A stretch of 64,000 nucleotides of DNA from Squalus acanthias (lineage: Eukaryota). The position numbers and the translations under genes are program-made. This document shows positions 52,680-64,000 of the stretch, one piece after another (position 1 is the first letter of the stretch; each line of letters opens with the position of its first letter). Under the pieces are notes generated by a model, which saw only the letters and a program-made list of their open reading frames with translations, was not told where the DNA came from and did no database searches. Where the stretch lies: contig CM059431.1 in the NCBI GenBank assembly GCA_030390025.1, forward strand, positions 130,512,001 through 130,576,000, read 5' to 3'.

Positions 52680-53152
52680 TAAAGAGACTTGCATTTATAT
52701 AGCGCCTTTCACGACCACCGGACACCCGAAGCGCTTTACAACCAATGAAGTACTTTTTGAAGTGTAGTCAAAGTGTAGTCAAATTGGCTGCTGAGTAGGA
52801 AACTCAGGAGCCAATTTGTGCACAGCAAGCTCCCACAAACAGCAATGTGATAATGACCAGATCATCTGTTTTTGTTATGTTGATTGAGGGATAAGTATTG
52901 GCCAGGACACCGGGGCCCCTGCTCTTCTTAGAAATAGTGCCATAGGATCTTTTACGTCCAACTGAGAGGGCAGACGGGGCCTCGGTTTAACGTCTCATCC
53001 GAAAGACGGCACCTCTGACAGTGCAGCACTCCCTCAGCACTGCACTGGAGTGTCAGCCTAGATTTTTTGTGCTCACTGTCCCTGGAGTGGGACTGTGAAC
53101 CACAGCCTTCTGACTCAGAGGCGAGTGTGTTATCCACTGAGCCACGGCTGGC
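52680..53152 (-). mobile_element. Deu-domain tRNA SINE
   Basis: Full-length copy with a small internal AAGTGTAGTCA duplication. Confidence 0.9.
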
Positions 53153-53414
53153 ATTGTAGGAAGAGTTGTATGTGATTGGTTGGACCAGAATGACTCATGG
53201 GAACCAGAGGATCAGCACATTTATGGGATGTAAATAGTGCTAGAAAAAGTGGTATCCAGCAGCCAGAGACTCAAGCAAATTTCATTGTAGGATTTTCACT
53301 TTCTGTTCACAATTCTGTTGATTTTACAACAGTGTGATGCAAAACAATGACATGTTTGGGGGTTGAGAGGAAATATAGGGTTAAATACAGGCTTTGCAGC
53401 TCTTCCAAATATAA

Positions 53415-54105
53415 TGGAGTGCATGTCCACAGATCCCTGAAGGTAGCAGGACAGGTAGATAAGGTGGTTAAGAAGGCATACGGGATACTTTCCTTTATTA
53501 GCCGAGGCATAGAATATAAGAGCAGGGAGGTTATGCTTGAACTGTATAAAACACGAGTTAGGCCACAGCTTGAATACTGCGTGCAGTTCTGGTCACCACA
53601 TTACAGGAAGGATGTGATTGCGCTAGAGAGGGTGGAGAGGAGATTTACGAGAATGTTGCCTGGACTGGGGAATTTTAGCTATGAGGAAAGATTGGATAAG
53701 CCGGGGTTGTTTTCTTTGGAACAGAGGAGGCTGAGGGGAGACCTAATTGAGGTGTATAAAATTATGAGGGGCTTAGAGTGGATAGGAAGGACCAATAGCA
53801 GAAGGGTCAATAACCAGGGGGCATAGATTTAAAGTCGTTGGGCGGAAGTTTAGAGGGGAATTGAGGAGAATTTTTTTCACCCAGAGGGTGGTGGGGGTCT
53901 GGAACTCACTGCTTGAAAGGGTGGTAGAGGCAGAGACCCTCATCACATTTAAAAAGTACTTGGATGTGCACTTGAAGTGCCATAACCTACAGGGCTATGG
54001 ACCAAGTGCTGGAAAGTGGGATTAGACTGGATAGCTCTTTGTCGGCCGGCACGGACAAGATGGGCCGAATGGCCTCCTTCTGTGCCGTAAATTTCTGATT
54101 CTGTG
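53415..54105 (+). mobile_element. CR1 3' fragment
   Basis: GVHVHRSLKVAGQVDKVVKKAYGILSFISRGIEYKS..RLRGDLIEVYKIM; TTCTGATTCTGTGA tail. Confidence 0.92.
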
Positions 54106-54117
54106 ATCCGGCTCTTT

Positions 54118-54830
54118 AGCCCCAATTTTAACTTGGAGCAGGAATCAGGCAGACAGGAGCAAGGTAAATGGCAACCCCCAACCTCACCAGCGTGAGACCC
54201 AGGCAATTTTAACTCCTGGACCTCATCTGCATGCTGCCAGTCAGCTGCCTGTCCAAAACAAGCAGTAAGCAGCAGCTGACCTGCGGGCAGGAACGGAATT
54301 TCCCGCGGCAGGAGGCTGTTAGTCGGCACCACTTGAACAGTTGCCAACAACAACGTGAATCGCAGGAAGGAGATTTCAGTAGGCTCTCATATTCGGGAAG
54401 GGGTGTGGGAGGGGAAGCCCAGGCAGGAGAGGTCTAATCTTTCCTGGTGGGTCCCAAAGGAGCACTTCTTCCCCATGACCCACAAGGAAAGTTTTTAAAA
54501 AAAGCACAACAACATTACCTGTTTGAGCCTCTTCATGCCCTGGATCCTCTTCCCGCCATCTTCACCTGACAGGAAAGCCAAATGGCTTCTCCGCTCAGAC
54601 CACCAGTTAAAATCACAGTTGGGGCCTAATGATGTAATCGGACCCCAATCTGCATCTTTTAAGAAAGAACCCGACGGCTTTAGGCAGGAGTCCTTGTTGC
54701 CTGCTCAGAAGAGCAGGTTAAAATTCCAGACAGCGGGATTGGTGCGGGACCTTTGCAGGTAAATCACCCAGCTGATTTTAAATGCTTGCCCACCCAGTTT
54801 CCACCAGATGGGTATATTTAAAATCCCCCT
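54118..54830. mobile_element. GC-rich MITE-like element
   Basis: CCAATTTTAAC.. / ..TTAAAATCCCC ends; similar to 20490-20805 and 60215-60638. Confidence 0.45.
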
Positions 54831-56760
54831 TTTTTGTTTAATCTAGTAATCTAAATTGTGTTACTAAACTGATATTTACAAGAGGTGTTAAACTGATGTT
54901 AACGTAAACAACAGATGTTGAGGGGAGAAAAAGCGGAGCTTTGAATAACTGTACAAAACATCTGTTAGCTTTCACGCAGACTCTGTTTTATTTATGACTT
55001 ATTACAGTGCTTTCTGTAGACTAATATGTTTATTGATATGAGTCTATTAGCTGATTTTCATTTAATAAATGGCCTAAATATACCACACCATGATATAAGT
55101 TGATGTGCCGAGATAGCCTGCTGAATGTCGAGATTATTCAGCAGTTTCCGAACTACATAAGAGTTTATAACACTGCAGAAAGCAAAGGATGTGTGATAGG
55201 AAAAAACAAGTTTTGAAGGGAAAATTGGAAGTGCTAAATTTCCTTTGGCCTCTAATCAGGAATTTTCCGATCTGCTGTAAAAAAAAATTCTAGAATTTCC
55301 AAGTAAATGGAACCTCTTAACTGAAAACTTTGTAAGTAACCACTTGCTGAAAAAAATGCAGTAAAATTGCAGATATCCCACATTTTGGCAAGTGGGGAAA
55401 TCTTCGTGAATAAGACCCTTTGATTAGTTTTGTTATAAAATGAATATTTTTGGTATTCAACACTCATCAGCTGCATATTCTATTTATAGCAAAAAAGCAC
55501 CATGGAACATGAGCATTTCTGACAATTTCAAAAATATGTCAATAGATTCTGTATGCATGCTTTAGCAGAGACCGAGCAGTATCAAACAACACAAAGGCAA
55601 GTCTCTGGATAGTCAGTTCTTGCTACTGGGGACTTTTGGAGCCACTTTATGGCTGCTTTGGCTGAGTTTAGAAAGCCTTTAATACTAAATAGCTGTTGGA
55701 GAGCTGACTTTTGGCTGCAGCTGTACTCTGTCACTTCACTGGGTGCAGGAGTACTGGAAAATATGGGAATGTTGCTGGGATTGCCATTGAGACTGCCACA
55801 CCAGGGGGAACAGCAGCACAGAGGGCAAAGAAGGCCTTATAGGATGCGGGTTTTCCGCAACAAGGTGTCTTGCCTCCAAATGACAGAGGAACAGTGTATA
55901 AGACATAGGAGCAGGAGTAGGCCATACGGCACATCGAGCCTGCTCCACCATTCAGTAACATCATTCCTGAACCTTTACGTCAACTCCACTTTCCCGCCCA
56001 ATCTCATATCCTTGATTCCCTTAGTGATCAAAAATCAATCAATCTCTGTCTTGAATATACTCAACGACTGAGCGTCCACAGCTGTCTGGGGTAGAGAATT
56101 CCAAAGATTCACTACCCTCTGAGTGAAGAAATGTCTCCTCATCTCAATCGTAAATGGCCAACCCCTTATCCTGAGACAATGGCCCCCAGTTCTAGACTCT
56201 CCAGCCAAGGGAAACAACCTCTCAGCATCTACCCTGTCAATCCCTCTAAGAATTTTATACATTTTAATAAGATCACCTCTTATTGTTCTAAACTCCCGAA
56301 AATATAGGCCTATTCTACTCAATCTCTCCTCGTAGGACAGCCCTCTCATCCCAGGAATCAATCTAGTGAACCTTTGTTGCACCCACTCTCAGGCAAGTAT
56401 GTCCTCCCTTAGGTAAGGAGACCAAAACTGTGCACACTACTCCATGTGTGGTCTCACCAAAAGCCCTATATAATTGCAGCAAGACTTCCTTACTCTTATA
56501 CTCCAACCCCCTTGCAATAAAGGCTAACATACCATTTGCCTTCCTAATTGACTGCTGTACGTGCAACTTAACTTTCTGTGATTTATGTACAATGACCCGC
56601 AAATCCCTCTGCATACCAACGTTTACGAGTCTCTCACCTTTTAAAAAATATTCTGCTTTGCCATTCTTCCTACCACAGTGGATAATTTCACACTTCCCCA
56701 CATTATACTCCATCTGCCACTTTCTTGCACAATCACTTAACCTGTCTATATCCCTTTGCA

Positions 56761-56991
56761 AAATAACAACAGAAAACACTGGAAAAACTCAGCAGGCCAG
56801 GCAGCATCCGTGGAGAGAGAAACAGAGTTAACGTTTCAGGTCGAAGACCTTTCGTCAGTTCTGACGAAAGGTCTTCGACCTGAAACGTTAACGCTGTTTC
56901 TCTCTCCACGGATGCTGCCTGGCCTGCTGAGTTTTTCCAGCGTTTTCTGTTGTTATTTCGGATTTCCAGCTTCCGCAGTATTTTGCTATCG
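56761..56991 (+). mobile_element. Palindromic Penelope-derived mini-element with twin hammerhead cores
   Basis: 98-bp arms (56761-56858 / 56861-56958, 2 mismatches, TT spacer) plus 33-bp tail; 14-bp TSD TATATCCCTTTGCA. Confidence 0.9.
56858..56892 (+). ncRNA. Minimal type I hammerhead ribozyme motif
   Basis: GTT-CTGACGA-A-AGGTC(TTC)GACCT-GAAA-CGTT-AAC. Confidence 0.75.
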
Positions 56992-57261
56992 TATATCCCT
57001 TTGCAGTCTCTTTGCGTCCTCCTCACAGCTTACTTTCCCACCTAGCTTTGTATCGTCAGCAAACTTGGATATATTACATTTGGTCCTCTCACTCTAAGTT
57101 ATTGATATAGATTGTAAATAGCTGAGGCTCAAGCACTGATCCTTGCGGTACCCCACTAGTTACACTCTGCCATCCCGAAAATGACCCGTTTATTCCTACT
57201 CTCTGTTTTCTGTCTGTTAACCAATTCTCAGTCCAATCCTCAATCCTTGCTAGTGTATGAG

Positions 57262-57894
57262 CAATAAAAACAGAAAATGTTGGAAATACAGAGCAGGTCA
57301 GGCAGCATCTATGGAGAGAGAAACAGTTAACGTTTCAGGTTGATAACCTTTTGTCAGAACTGGAAGAAGTTAGTGATGTAACAGTTTTTAAGCAAATACA
57401 GAGACAGGAAAAGCGGTGAGGATAGGAAAGAACAAAAGGGTAGGTCTGTGATAGAATGAAAGGCAGGAATGATTAAATGACAAAAGGGATGATAGTGCAA
57501 GGCAAAAGGGGGTGATAATGGGAAAAGTAAAGAAACAAAAGATGGGTCTAGATAAGGTGTAAATGGCAACAGCAGAATCATTACCAGCACCTGCTGTCTG
57601 AAAAACTGGGAGCAGCGGTTATGATCTGAAATTGTTGAACTCGATATTGAGTCTAGAAGGTTGTAAAGTGCCCAATTGAAAGATGAGGTGCTGTTCCTTG
57701 AGCTTCATTGGAACAGTGTAGGAGGCCGAGGACAGAGAGGTCAGAGTGGGGGTGGGACAGAGAATTAAAATGGAAAGCAACCGAAAGCTAAGAGTCATGC
57801 TTGCGGACTGAACGGAGGTGTTCAGCAAAGCGATCACCCAATCTGTGATTGGTCTCCCCAATGTAGAGGAGACTGCATCATGAGCAGCGAATAC
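57262..57894 (-). mobile_element. Penelope-like element 3' fragment (GIY-YIG remnant + pseudo-LTR)
   Basis: CIRCS*CSLLYIGETNHRLGDRFAEHL..LKEQHLIFQLGTLQPSRLNIEFNNF; hammerhead at 57324-57362 with core CTGACAA; TSD AGTGTATGAG. Confidence 0.9.
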
Positions 57895-58264
57895 AGTGTA
57901 TGAGGAGGCTGTGCTTCAGCTGGCAGGCAGGCAGTCACCTGTTGCAGCAGAAATTGGAACCAAATACCAGGACACACACACAACTGCCTGTGGCTGTGAT
58001 GGTTATAGTGGCCTTCAACAGCTATGCCAGAGGCTCATTCCAGGCTGCAGCTTCAGTCAGTTTGCTGTATATACACGGCCGTCAAGCTGGTTACGGATGA
58101 CCTCTTCGCATGGAGACGGCAATACCTTACCAATGCATGCTGTTGATCAGGAAGAGAGAGCTGTCGAATTTTCCCGCATTGTTGCGTTTCCCAGATGCAA
58201 GGCCTCATTTACTGCATACACGTTGTCCTCCATCAAGAACCAGCCAGGGATAATCATCACTGGA

Positions 58265-60062
58265 TGTAATGTTTACTAGCGAGCCTAAATTGGTACCTGA
58301 CCTTCATATGGGCGAACACCTGGGAAATAGTGACCACAATATTATACGGTTTCAATTAGCTGGTAGAACCAAAGGCACTGAAAATGTACAATTAATTCCA
58401 GATTTCTAGAGGACTAACTTTAATAAAAATGGAATAGGCTTTAGAACAGGTCAATTAGTCAACCTTACTCGGTGGCAACGAAACCAATGCAGAATATAAA
58501 TGAAAAGTCTTAAGAGAAAAATTAAACGCATAGACGCTATGTATGTCCAAATTCAAAAGAAGGGATTGTGGTAAGAAGAAGCTATTGTGTTTGACTGGTC
58601 ATGTACTAAGACAAATAAGACATAACCAGCACAGACTAGTTGGGCCAAATGGCCTGTTTCTGTGCTGTATATTTTTTTTTAATAAATTGGAAGTATATAA
58701 TACAGCAAAACGAAGCCAAGTACTGAAAGCAGTTAAAAATAACTAAGGCTACTATTATATCAGCTAAAAGGTTCATGGAAAAGAGGATTGTGAACAACTG
58801 TGGAAGCAATGGTAAAAGCTTTTTCAGCTGTGTGACGAGTCAGAGGACCATCAAAGACTGTACTGAGTCACTAAAAATGCTCAAGAACAGGTCAGAAAAG
58901 ACTCTGTGTGCCAGCGATGCTAAATGAGTACTTTGCATCAGTCTTCACTCTTGAAGATGATCCACAACTGACAGAATTAAGGGTTGCTGTTAGCAATAAA
59001 ATTGTTTAAATTAAAATAGATGAGGATATTGGTTTAGAAAGAACAAAATAGATCAGGCTACTGACGCAGATGATTTCCAACTGAGGGTCCTTAAGGATAT
59101 GGGACAGGTGCTGTGCGAGCTGGAGTTGCAGATTGTTCCTTTAGACTGGAATAACAGTTCCAATTTTTTAAAAGGGGGCTACGCAGAAACATGCAAATTT
59201 AGGCCTATTAGCTTGATGTCAGTAATAGATAAATGCGAGAGAGAGAGAGAGAGAGAGAATCATTAGGGATGCAATATATGACCACTTAGACAGAGACAGG
59301 GACACCCAACATGACTTTCGGAAAAGAAGTCGTGTCTTACCAATTTGATTGAATTTTTTAAAGAAGTCACCAAGTTAGTGGATGAGAGTAACCCGGTTTA
59401 CATTGTCTACCTCGACTTTCAGAAGGCTTTTGATAAGGCACTGCATAAGAGGTTTTTCTACAAGATTAGTTGTAATCTGCTGTGGTGGATTGAGAATTGG
59501 CTAAACGCCCTTAGGCAGAAAGTGGTTGTCAATGGATTTGGATCTGCTTGGAGACTGTTTACTACTGGTGTTCCACAGGGATTGGTGTTAGGACTTCTGT
59601 TATTTATTATTTTTATCGATGATCTAGATGTAGTTATTGGGGGAATGATCCACAAGTTTAAAGACGATACCAGGATGCTCAACTATGCCATGACCAATGC
59701 CGCAGAACTATAGCTAAAGCGAACAAGGTTCTAAGGTGTATTCACAGGAAAAATCACTGTAAAACAAAGCATACCATTTTGTCCTTGTACACAACCTTGG
59801 TTAGGCCTCTGTTAGAATACTGTGCTGAGTTTTGTTTCTTCATGGTAGGAGATACTGAGGCATTAGAAAGGGTGCAGAGGAGGACCACAAGATTGATTAC
59901 TCTTTGAAAACATCATAGTTACACAGGTAGGCTCAATGAGCTGGGTCTGTATATTTTAGAGAAGCGTAGACTTGAGCGATTTGATTGAGGTTCATAAAAT
60001 AATGAAGAGACTAGATTGTGTTTATGTAGAGCAATTATTTCAGCTAGATAGGTTAGATAGGT
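58265..60062 (+). mobile_element. Old, heavily decayed CR1
   Basis: LGNSDHN, LNEYFASVFT, VYLDFQKAFDK, GVPQGLVLG. Confidence 0.85.
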
Positions 60063-60212
60063 AGCTCATCCAAAATTCTGCTGCCCGTGTCCTAACTCGC
60101 ACCAAGTCCTGTTCACCCATCACCTCTGTGCTCGCTGACCTACATTGGCTCCCGGTCCCTGAACACCTCAATTTATAAATTCTCATCCTCACGTCCAAAT
60201 CCCTCCTTGGAT
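60063..60212 (+). mobile_element. L2 fragment
   Basis: LIQNSAARVLTRTKSCSPITSVLADLHWLPV. Confidence 0.8.
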
Positions 60213-60639
60213 TCTCGACCCCGGAGGGTGGGGGTGCTGCTGGTGAGTGAGCTTGGGGGGGCCGGGAGGAAGCACTCCTGCTCCTCCTGGCCCACAACGA
60301 TTGATCTCCGAGGCTGTGCCCGCCTCGCTGCAGGTACCGGGAATCCTGAGGCCCGGGAATCCTGAGGCCCGGGATCCCCGGCCACCTGCATTTAAACCTG
60401 CACAGCATGGTTAAAGCAGAGGCTTCAGGCCTCATTATCATATTTAAATTGCCAACACGCCTCCTGGCAGCAGGTTGACTGCCCGCCCCCCCTGAGTAAA
60501 AGTTAAAGGTGGGCGGGTTGGAGGCGGGTTGTGGTTGGGATTTAGATGTTTAAAACTTTAAATTCTAACCCCCCCGCCCCCCGCCCCCCACCCACCACCG
60601 CCTCCAGCCCACCCGTTTTTTCATGTGAAAATTCCCCTA

Positions 60640-63400
60640 GTGTCTTGGCTGAGGGGCTGGTGAGGGACCAATAAGGGAGCAGACATGCTGACATCCTGAG
60701 AGAGGGCATCACGTGCTGCCCTCACTGTATCACTCCCACTCCCATGGGCTGGGGCCGATCACTCCCATGGGCCGGGGCTGATCACTCCCATGGGCTGGGG
60801 CTGATCACTCCCATGGGCCGGGGCTGATCACTCCCATGGGCTGGGTCTGATCACTCCCATGGGCTGGGGCTGGTCACTCCCATGGGCTGGGGCTGATCAA
60901 TCCCATGGGCCGGGGCTGATCACTCCCATGGGCCGGGGCTGATCACTCCCATGGGCCGGGGCTGATCACTCCCATGGGCCGGGGCTGATCACTCCCATGG
61001 GCCGGGGCTGATCACTCCCATGGGCTGGGGCTGATCACTCCCATGGGCTGGGGCTGATCACTTCCACTCCCATGGGCTGGGCTGATCACTCCAATGGGCC
61101 GGGGCTGATCACTCCCATGGGCTGGGGCTGATCACTCCCATGGGCTGGGGCTGATCACTTCCACTCCCATGGGCTGGGGCTGATCACTTCCACTCCCATG
61201 GGCCGGGGCTGATCACTCCCATGGGCCGGGGCTGATCACTTCCACTCCCATGGGCTGGGGCTGATCACTCCCATGGGCTGGGGCTGATCACTTCCACTCC
61301 CATGGGCCGGGGCTGATCACTCCCATGGGCCGGGGCTGATCACTTCCACTCCCATGGGCTGGGGCTGATCACTCCCATGGGCCGGGGCTGATCACTCCCA
61401 TGGGCTGGGGCTGATCACTCCCATGGGCTGGGGCTGATCACTTCCACTCCCATGGGCTGGGGCTGATCACTTCCACTCCCATGGGCCGGGGCTGATCACT
61501 CCCATGGGCCGGGGCTGATCACTTCTACTCCCATGGGCTGGGGCTGATCACTTCTGCAGGAGAGCAGACTGCAGAAGACCATTGACTCCTTCAAATTTCC
61601 TATTCATTTGCTGCACAAATCTCTTCAAGGCGGATGTCTGTCTCTGCAAGGTCAATTTCTACCTCTCTAAGGCAGAGCACAGGTTTGACCCCAGAGTCTA
61701 CATGGTAGCTGTTTGAGGTTCCACCAAAACTGCAAAGACTATGACCATTGACTTCTTGTGAGGGCCCGGCTGCAACATTCCTGGATGTGGACACTCCAAT
61801 GTAGACTCCATAGTGCTGATGCCCTGCGAGATGACATCACACAGGCTGAAAGCAGATTCCGCCTCATTTTCAGCCATGGTGGTGAAACTCATTGGCAAGT
61901 CTTCCAATACCTGTATAACTGCTTATGTGAAGCAAGCAGTTTTCTTCTCATTGCAGGATCCCTGAAGTCCACCTGTCTGTCCTCCTCAGCAGTGCTGGGA
62001 TAGGATCTCGTGAGCTGCCTCCTGGACTATCCCTGCCACCAGCACCTACTGCTGCTCACTATTGTTGGGTGTTTCACCACATGTAAATCCATTTAACACA
62101 CTCTGTAACCCTTTTATTTAACTCTGTAAGCTCGTGCTTGAATTGATGGAGCATGTCATGGTGCCTCCTGAGAAGGATTCTCCTCCTCCTGAGGTGTCTT
62201 CATCATGGGCTCAGCGTTACTGAGGAGGACCTAGAGGAAAAAGAACAGGAACAAGAGTTGAGCATGGCACTGAGAGGCTGGAGGGTAGAAGATGACAAGC
62301 ATCACAATGCAGCTTGATGTAGTTAAGCTGTGTGATTGTGTGTTTTACAGAAGATCATGAAAGGATGCAATTGACAGTCAGATACCCTGTTCACAGAGGT
62401 CTCTGGCCTTGAAATCTCCTATCCTCACAGCTCTGGTGTGCCCCCTGATTTCTAGCACTTGCTGCTCCAACTCGGAGAGTTTCATGATGTTGGCTGGTGT
62501 TCCCTGGTCGTACTCCTCTCCCTTGTGTTGAATACTGTCTTGTTCTGCAGAGAGAAAGGGCGAGAATTAATGAGGGTCTCCTGAAAAGGAGAGTGCAGAT
62601 GAGTGGGGCTTGTGCTTGTGTGGATGTCGGGAGGAAGAAGAGCAAGTTGGAATTAGGATGGGGAGGTATTAGATGAAAGGCAGGTGTGTGGAGTGTGAAG
62701 TGAGGAAGGAGACTTGAGAGAAGGTGGTGATTGTGCAAAGGCTACCAAGTGAGAAGAGAACGCTGCTAATTGCTCCTGTGAAGGGAGCAAGGAAGAGGTG
62801 AGTGTGTGTTTGTAATGAGAATGAAGGGTGGTGAGTCCTTGTGCTGAAGGATGTGATAGAGGGGAGGGAATTATTGAGAGAGCTGGAGGAGGGGGCCAAA
62901 GGCTGTTGACATGTGTTGTTGTGCGAGGTGAAGAAATGAAGAACTATGCTCACCCTTGCTACTCTTGAGAGATTATCAAAGCGCTTCCTGCACTGTATCC
63001 AGGATCTGGGGTGATGTTCTTGGGGCTGACAGTCTCAGCAATCTCACCATGGCTGCTGAACTTGGTGCTTTGAAATCCTCTTCCCACTGGCTGGAAAGAT
63101 AACTTTCCTCCTCACCTTGATCTCCAGGGAGGCTTCAGAGAACCTGGAGGTTTGTCTGTGACATTTTGAAGTTCTTTCTTCATGCAGCAGTCCAACAGCG
63201 AAATTTTGCAGATAGAAATGCGACATCGCTTTAAGAGGTGCATTACCACTTTAAATATTCCTCTGGCTGACCCACCAGCAATTGCGCTTCGGAATTGGGC
63301 ACATTTCCTAGCGTGTCAGTGAATTGCGATTTTAATGAGGTGCATAATACCCCAGCCTTGTTTTCTGAGGCAGCGGGTGCGTTTCGGAGTTAAATTCAGG
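60640..63400 (-). mobile_element. Harbinger Myb/SANT element remnant, paralog of 1-2233
   Basis: SRFSEASLEIKVRRKVIFP..WIQCRKRFDNL; long colinear similarity to about 190-1940. Confidence 0.75.
60729..61555. repeat. GC-rich minisatellite, 23-bp unit ACTCCCATGGGC(T/C)GGGGCTGATC with 29-bp variants (+ACTTCC)
   Basis: More than 30 near-identical tandem units. Confidence 0.97.
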
Positions 63401-63511
63401 GTCATGTTTCTAAAATTTTGAGCAGTGCCACAGGAAATCAACTAGTAATTTAAAGAAATACCATAGGGTGAGATCCATAGTAATACAGAGGAGGAAATAT
63501 TAATTTAACAG

Positions 63512-63990
63512 AGGATGGGTTTGGAGCGTGGGTGTAATTAAATTGTTAAGAATCAGAATCCCGACCTGAACCCGCCTCCAACCTGCCCACTTCCAGTTTT
63601 AATGGAGGCGGGCAGCCAACCCGCTGCCAGGAGGCAGGATGTCAATTTAAATATTTTAATGAGGCTGGAAGCCTCTTCTTTAACTTCCATTTTGTTTTTA
63701 ACAGTAGCTGGTCGTTTTTTACACACTTCAGGCTAAATTTTCCCATCAAAAACTGGATGGGTTCGGAGCGTGGGGGCAGTTAAATTGTTAAAAATGTGAA
63801 TCCCGACCTGATCCCGCCTCCAACCCGCCCACTTCCGGTTTTGCTGGAGGCGGGACGGTGGACAGGCGACCAACCCGCTCCCAAGGGACCCCTCCCCTGC
63901 CAATCCCTCCCCCGGACCTCAATTTAAATATTGTAATGAGGCTGGTACCCTCTATTTTCCCCTCCATTTTGTTATTAACTGCCTGTAGAC
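63512..63990. mobile_element. Two tandem copies of a MITE-like terminal region
   Basis: GGATGGGTT(T/C)GGAGCGTGGG..AATCCCGACCTGA..CCCGCCTCCAACC at about 63513 and 63755. Confidence 0.55.
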
Positions 63991-64000
63991 AGGTTTCACA

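Larger units (their letters stand above)
55903..57251 (-). mobile_element. CR1 3' fragment
   Basis: SGVPQGSVL, KFADDTKL, NLWNSLP; flanked by AGTGTAT(A/G)AG. Confidence 0.92.
55763..58200 (+). pseudogene. Harbinger transposase N-terminal remnant split by CR1 and Penelope insertions
   Basis: RRPYRMRVFRNKVSCLQMTEEQC (to 55900) rejoins MRRLCF..LPVAVMVIVAFNSYARGSFQ (from 57900). Confidence 0.8.

Noticed and set aside
19898..53152. tRNA genes at the SINE heads
   Set aside because: A/B-box heads continue into SINE bodies and LINE-like tails; they are SINEs, not standalone tRNAs
56733..57097. Two opposite-strand ORFs with nearly identical peptides
   Set aside because: Artefact of the DNA palindrome
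60729..61555. CRISPR-like array
   Set aside because: Units are contiguous with no unique spacers, there are no cas genes, and the context is eukaryotic

Overview
Eukaryotic vertebrate DNA, most likely intronic or intergenic sequence from a cartilaginous fish (inferred from the mix of CR1 and L2 LINEs, Deu-domain tRNA SINEs, Penelope-like elements and PIF/Harbinger transposons). I found no convincing host protein-coding gene, and most ORFs in the track are transposon fragments or spurious. The window is a heavily nested transposon landscape with six main components. (1) Many CR1 LINE fragments, one with a nearly intact endonuclease+RT ORF2 (34424-37552). (2) A CR1/Jockey-group LINE whose 5' end is a tRNA-like Pol III head running in frame into the endonuclease, carrying an antisense SINE built from that LINE's own 5' and 3' ends. 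(3) Two families of Penelope-like elements with minimal hammerhead ribozyme motifs, including a 231-bp near-perfect palindrome with twin hammerhead cores. (4) Several Harbinger elements (DDE transposase and spliced Myb/SANT gene remnants) plus many MITEs with GG(G)C..AATTT-type termini and 3-bp TSDs. (5) A CpG-rich TG..CA-bounded probable solo LTR. (6) A 23/29-bp minisatellite. All family names come from motif recognition only; boundaries without TSDs are approximate.
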